A stretch of 64,000 nt of DNA from the NCBI GenBank assembly GCA_963706955.1, contig CAVPOC010000001.1:64001-128000 (forward strand), in the 5' to 3' direction. A program made the position numbers and the translations under genes. The notes below the pieces were generated by a model. That model saw only the letters and a program-made list of their open reading frames with translations. It ran no database searches and was not told where the DNA came from. Below are positions 62,537 through 64,000 of the stretch, piece after piece (position 1 is the first letter of the stretch; every line of letters begins with the position of its first letter). Source of the DNA: an uncultured Verrucomicrobiae bacterium. GTDB lineage: Bacteria; Verrucomicrobiota; Verrucomicrobiia; Chthoniobacterales; Terrimicrobiaceae.

Positions 62537-63671
62537 TCAACGTTCGTCGTTTGGATTACGAGCAAGCTCCACCTCGAGGTTGCCATTCTGCAAGTTGACT
62601 CTTGTTCCGAACTGTCGGCTCTCACGAGTGAGAACTTTGCTAAGCCAGGCGGCGTCGGCCTCTGAAGCATGCCGCAGGCGGAATTGGAAGATCTGAAGCG
62701 GAACGATCCTTAGGCGAACGAGCTGACCGGTCTGCGCGTCGAGCGTCGGGAAGTACATCAGCGCAAGGTCGTCGCGATAGGATTCGTTTCCCTCAATGCC
62801 TTCGTAGTCATTCAGGAAATCTCCGGCGCCATAAACGATGAGTTTGCCTTTGTAGACATCCAACGGACGAACGTGGTGTGACGAATGGCCGTGAACAATA
62901 TCGACCGCCCCGGAATCGATCAGCGCGTGAGCGAACTCGATCTGTTCATCGGGAACGTCATATCCCCAGTTGCTTCCCCAGTGCACGGAGAAGATCACCA
63001 GATCCTCGGGGCGGCTTTGCCGTCTGATTGAGTCGACGGTCGTGGCGCGCGTTTCCGCTGAAAGGTCACTAAGGAAATTCACTCCTGGAGAAGAGGGACC
63101 AGCCGCCCACGATTCCGGCACGCCGGCGGAATCCATTGCATATCCAAAGACGAGCAGCCTCGTGCCAGGCGCCACTTCAAGAATCGCTGGAGCAGCCGCC
63201 TCCGCCGCTGTCTCGCCCGCTCCGGCGGACTTGATGTTCGCCCGGCGGAGAGTTTCAAGGGTTTCACCGAGTCCACGGAAACCGAGGTCTGCCGTGTGGT
63301 TGTTAGCAACAACGCAGCAGTCGATTGCGGCTGCCTTGAGCACGCTCGACGTTCTCTGGGTGCATTCGGTAATGAATTCCCTTGCCCGGCCAGAAATCAT
63401 CGCTCCGGGTGATACTTGTTTCCAGATTGACGATTCGTGCGGCAGGCCGGATCTCCTTGAGGATCTCGAGTGCTGACCCCCAGACATAACGGTGGTCCAC
63501 GTTGCGCGGAATGAGGCCGTTGCGCTTCTCGGCGAGCGTTACGTAGATCCGTGCGTCCCTCACGTAGGGTTCAAAAAGCTGTGGCGGACTGGCTACGGGC
63601 AGAATTTGATCGATTCCGCGACCGGTCATAAGATCTCCGCAGAAAAATAATGTAACCAGCGCGCGCGTCAT
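62537..63671 (-). CDS. CapA/PgsA-family metallophosphoesterase (frameshift near 63347)
   Basis: GDLMTGRGIDQ, NLET, ANNH..D.G, SVHWG, HGHSSHH, YGAGDF.NDY. Confidence 0.88.
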
Positions 63672-63807
63672 TTTTGGTGTCTCACCTCAGCGGCGGGGGG
63701 TAATTCGCTTACCCGTAATCGTATCACGAAATAGAGCGTCGGGCGTGGAGAATCATGGGCGCCGAGAAACCTCGACTTCGTGTCCTCGCCGATTTTTCAT
63801 TGGAGGC

Positions 63808-64000
63808 GTGCGTGATCCGTTTCTGCAGGCGGCGATCGATGAAGCCAGGCGGGGGTTGGCCGAGGGAGGCATCCCGATTGGTTCGGTGATTGTCCACCGC
63901 GAAACGATTATCGGGCGGGGTCACAACATGCGCGTGCAAAAGGGGGATCCATTGCTTCATGGAGAAATGAGCGCGCTCCAGCAAGCCGGTCGCCAGCCGG
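63808..64000 (+). CDS. Nucleoside/cytosine deaminase, N-terminal part (runs off the window edge)
   Basis: Hand translation: VRDPFLQAAIDEARRGLAEGGIPIGSVIV...GRGHNMRVQKGDPLLHGEMSAL, with the HxE Zn-deaminase motif. Confidence 0.85.
   Translation, partial: MRDPFLQAAIDEARRGLAEGGIPIGSVIVHRETIIGRGHNMRVQKGDPLLHGEMSALQQAGRQP

Overview
A gene-dense, GC-rich bacterial chromosomal segment. It is probably from a Verrucomicrobiota (Spartobacteria/Chthoniobacterales-like) genome; this is inferred from gene content and REP type and was not searched. From 1 to 42 kb it is mostly housekeeping and envelope genes: an MMPL exporter, ychF, Nif3-like, RNase P RNA, a KimA/Kup-like APC-USP permease, lipB, ruvC, GT9, a Fur-family regulator with argH-nudix-tatC, recQ, rpsA, a Zn/Mn ABC pair, a complete fructose PTS (fruA-fruB-fruK), a DD-carboxypeptidase, a sigma70 factor, photolyase, tilS, serS, cbpA, yciH, typA and a MocR regulator. 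From 43 to 62 kb lies a nitrate-assimilation/molybdoenzyme region, the most interesting system here. It has a LysR regulator divergent from a NasS-like sensor with no NasT, three NrtA-family paralogues, nrtBCD, a CysJ-like diflavin reductase and a NirA that share an N-terminal helix motif, and a DmsB-DmsC fusion coupled to a non-exported NasA. After these come mobA, a MOSC protein, a cytoplasmic sulfite-oxidase-family enzyme, a GT1 and a Rieske ferredoxin. About 20 frameshifts (mostly +1 insertions, one in essential serS) suggest long-read consensus errors, so interrupted genes are reported as CDS rather than pseudogenes. No rRNA, tRNA, CRISPR array or transposase was seen.
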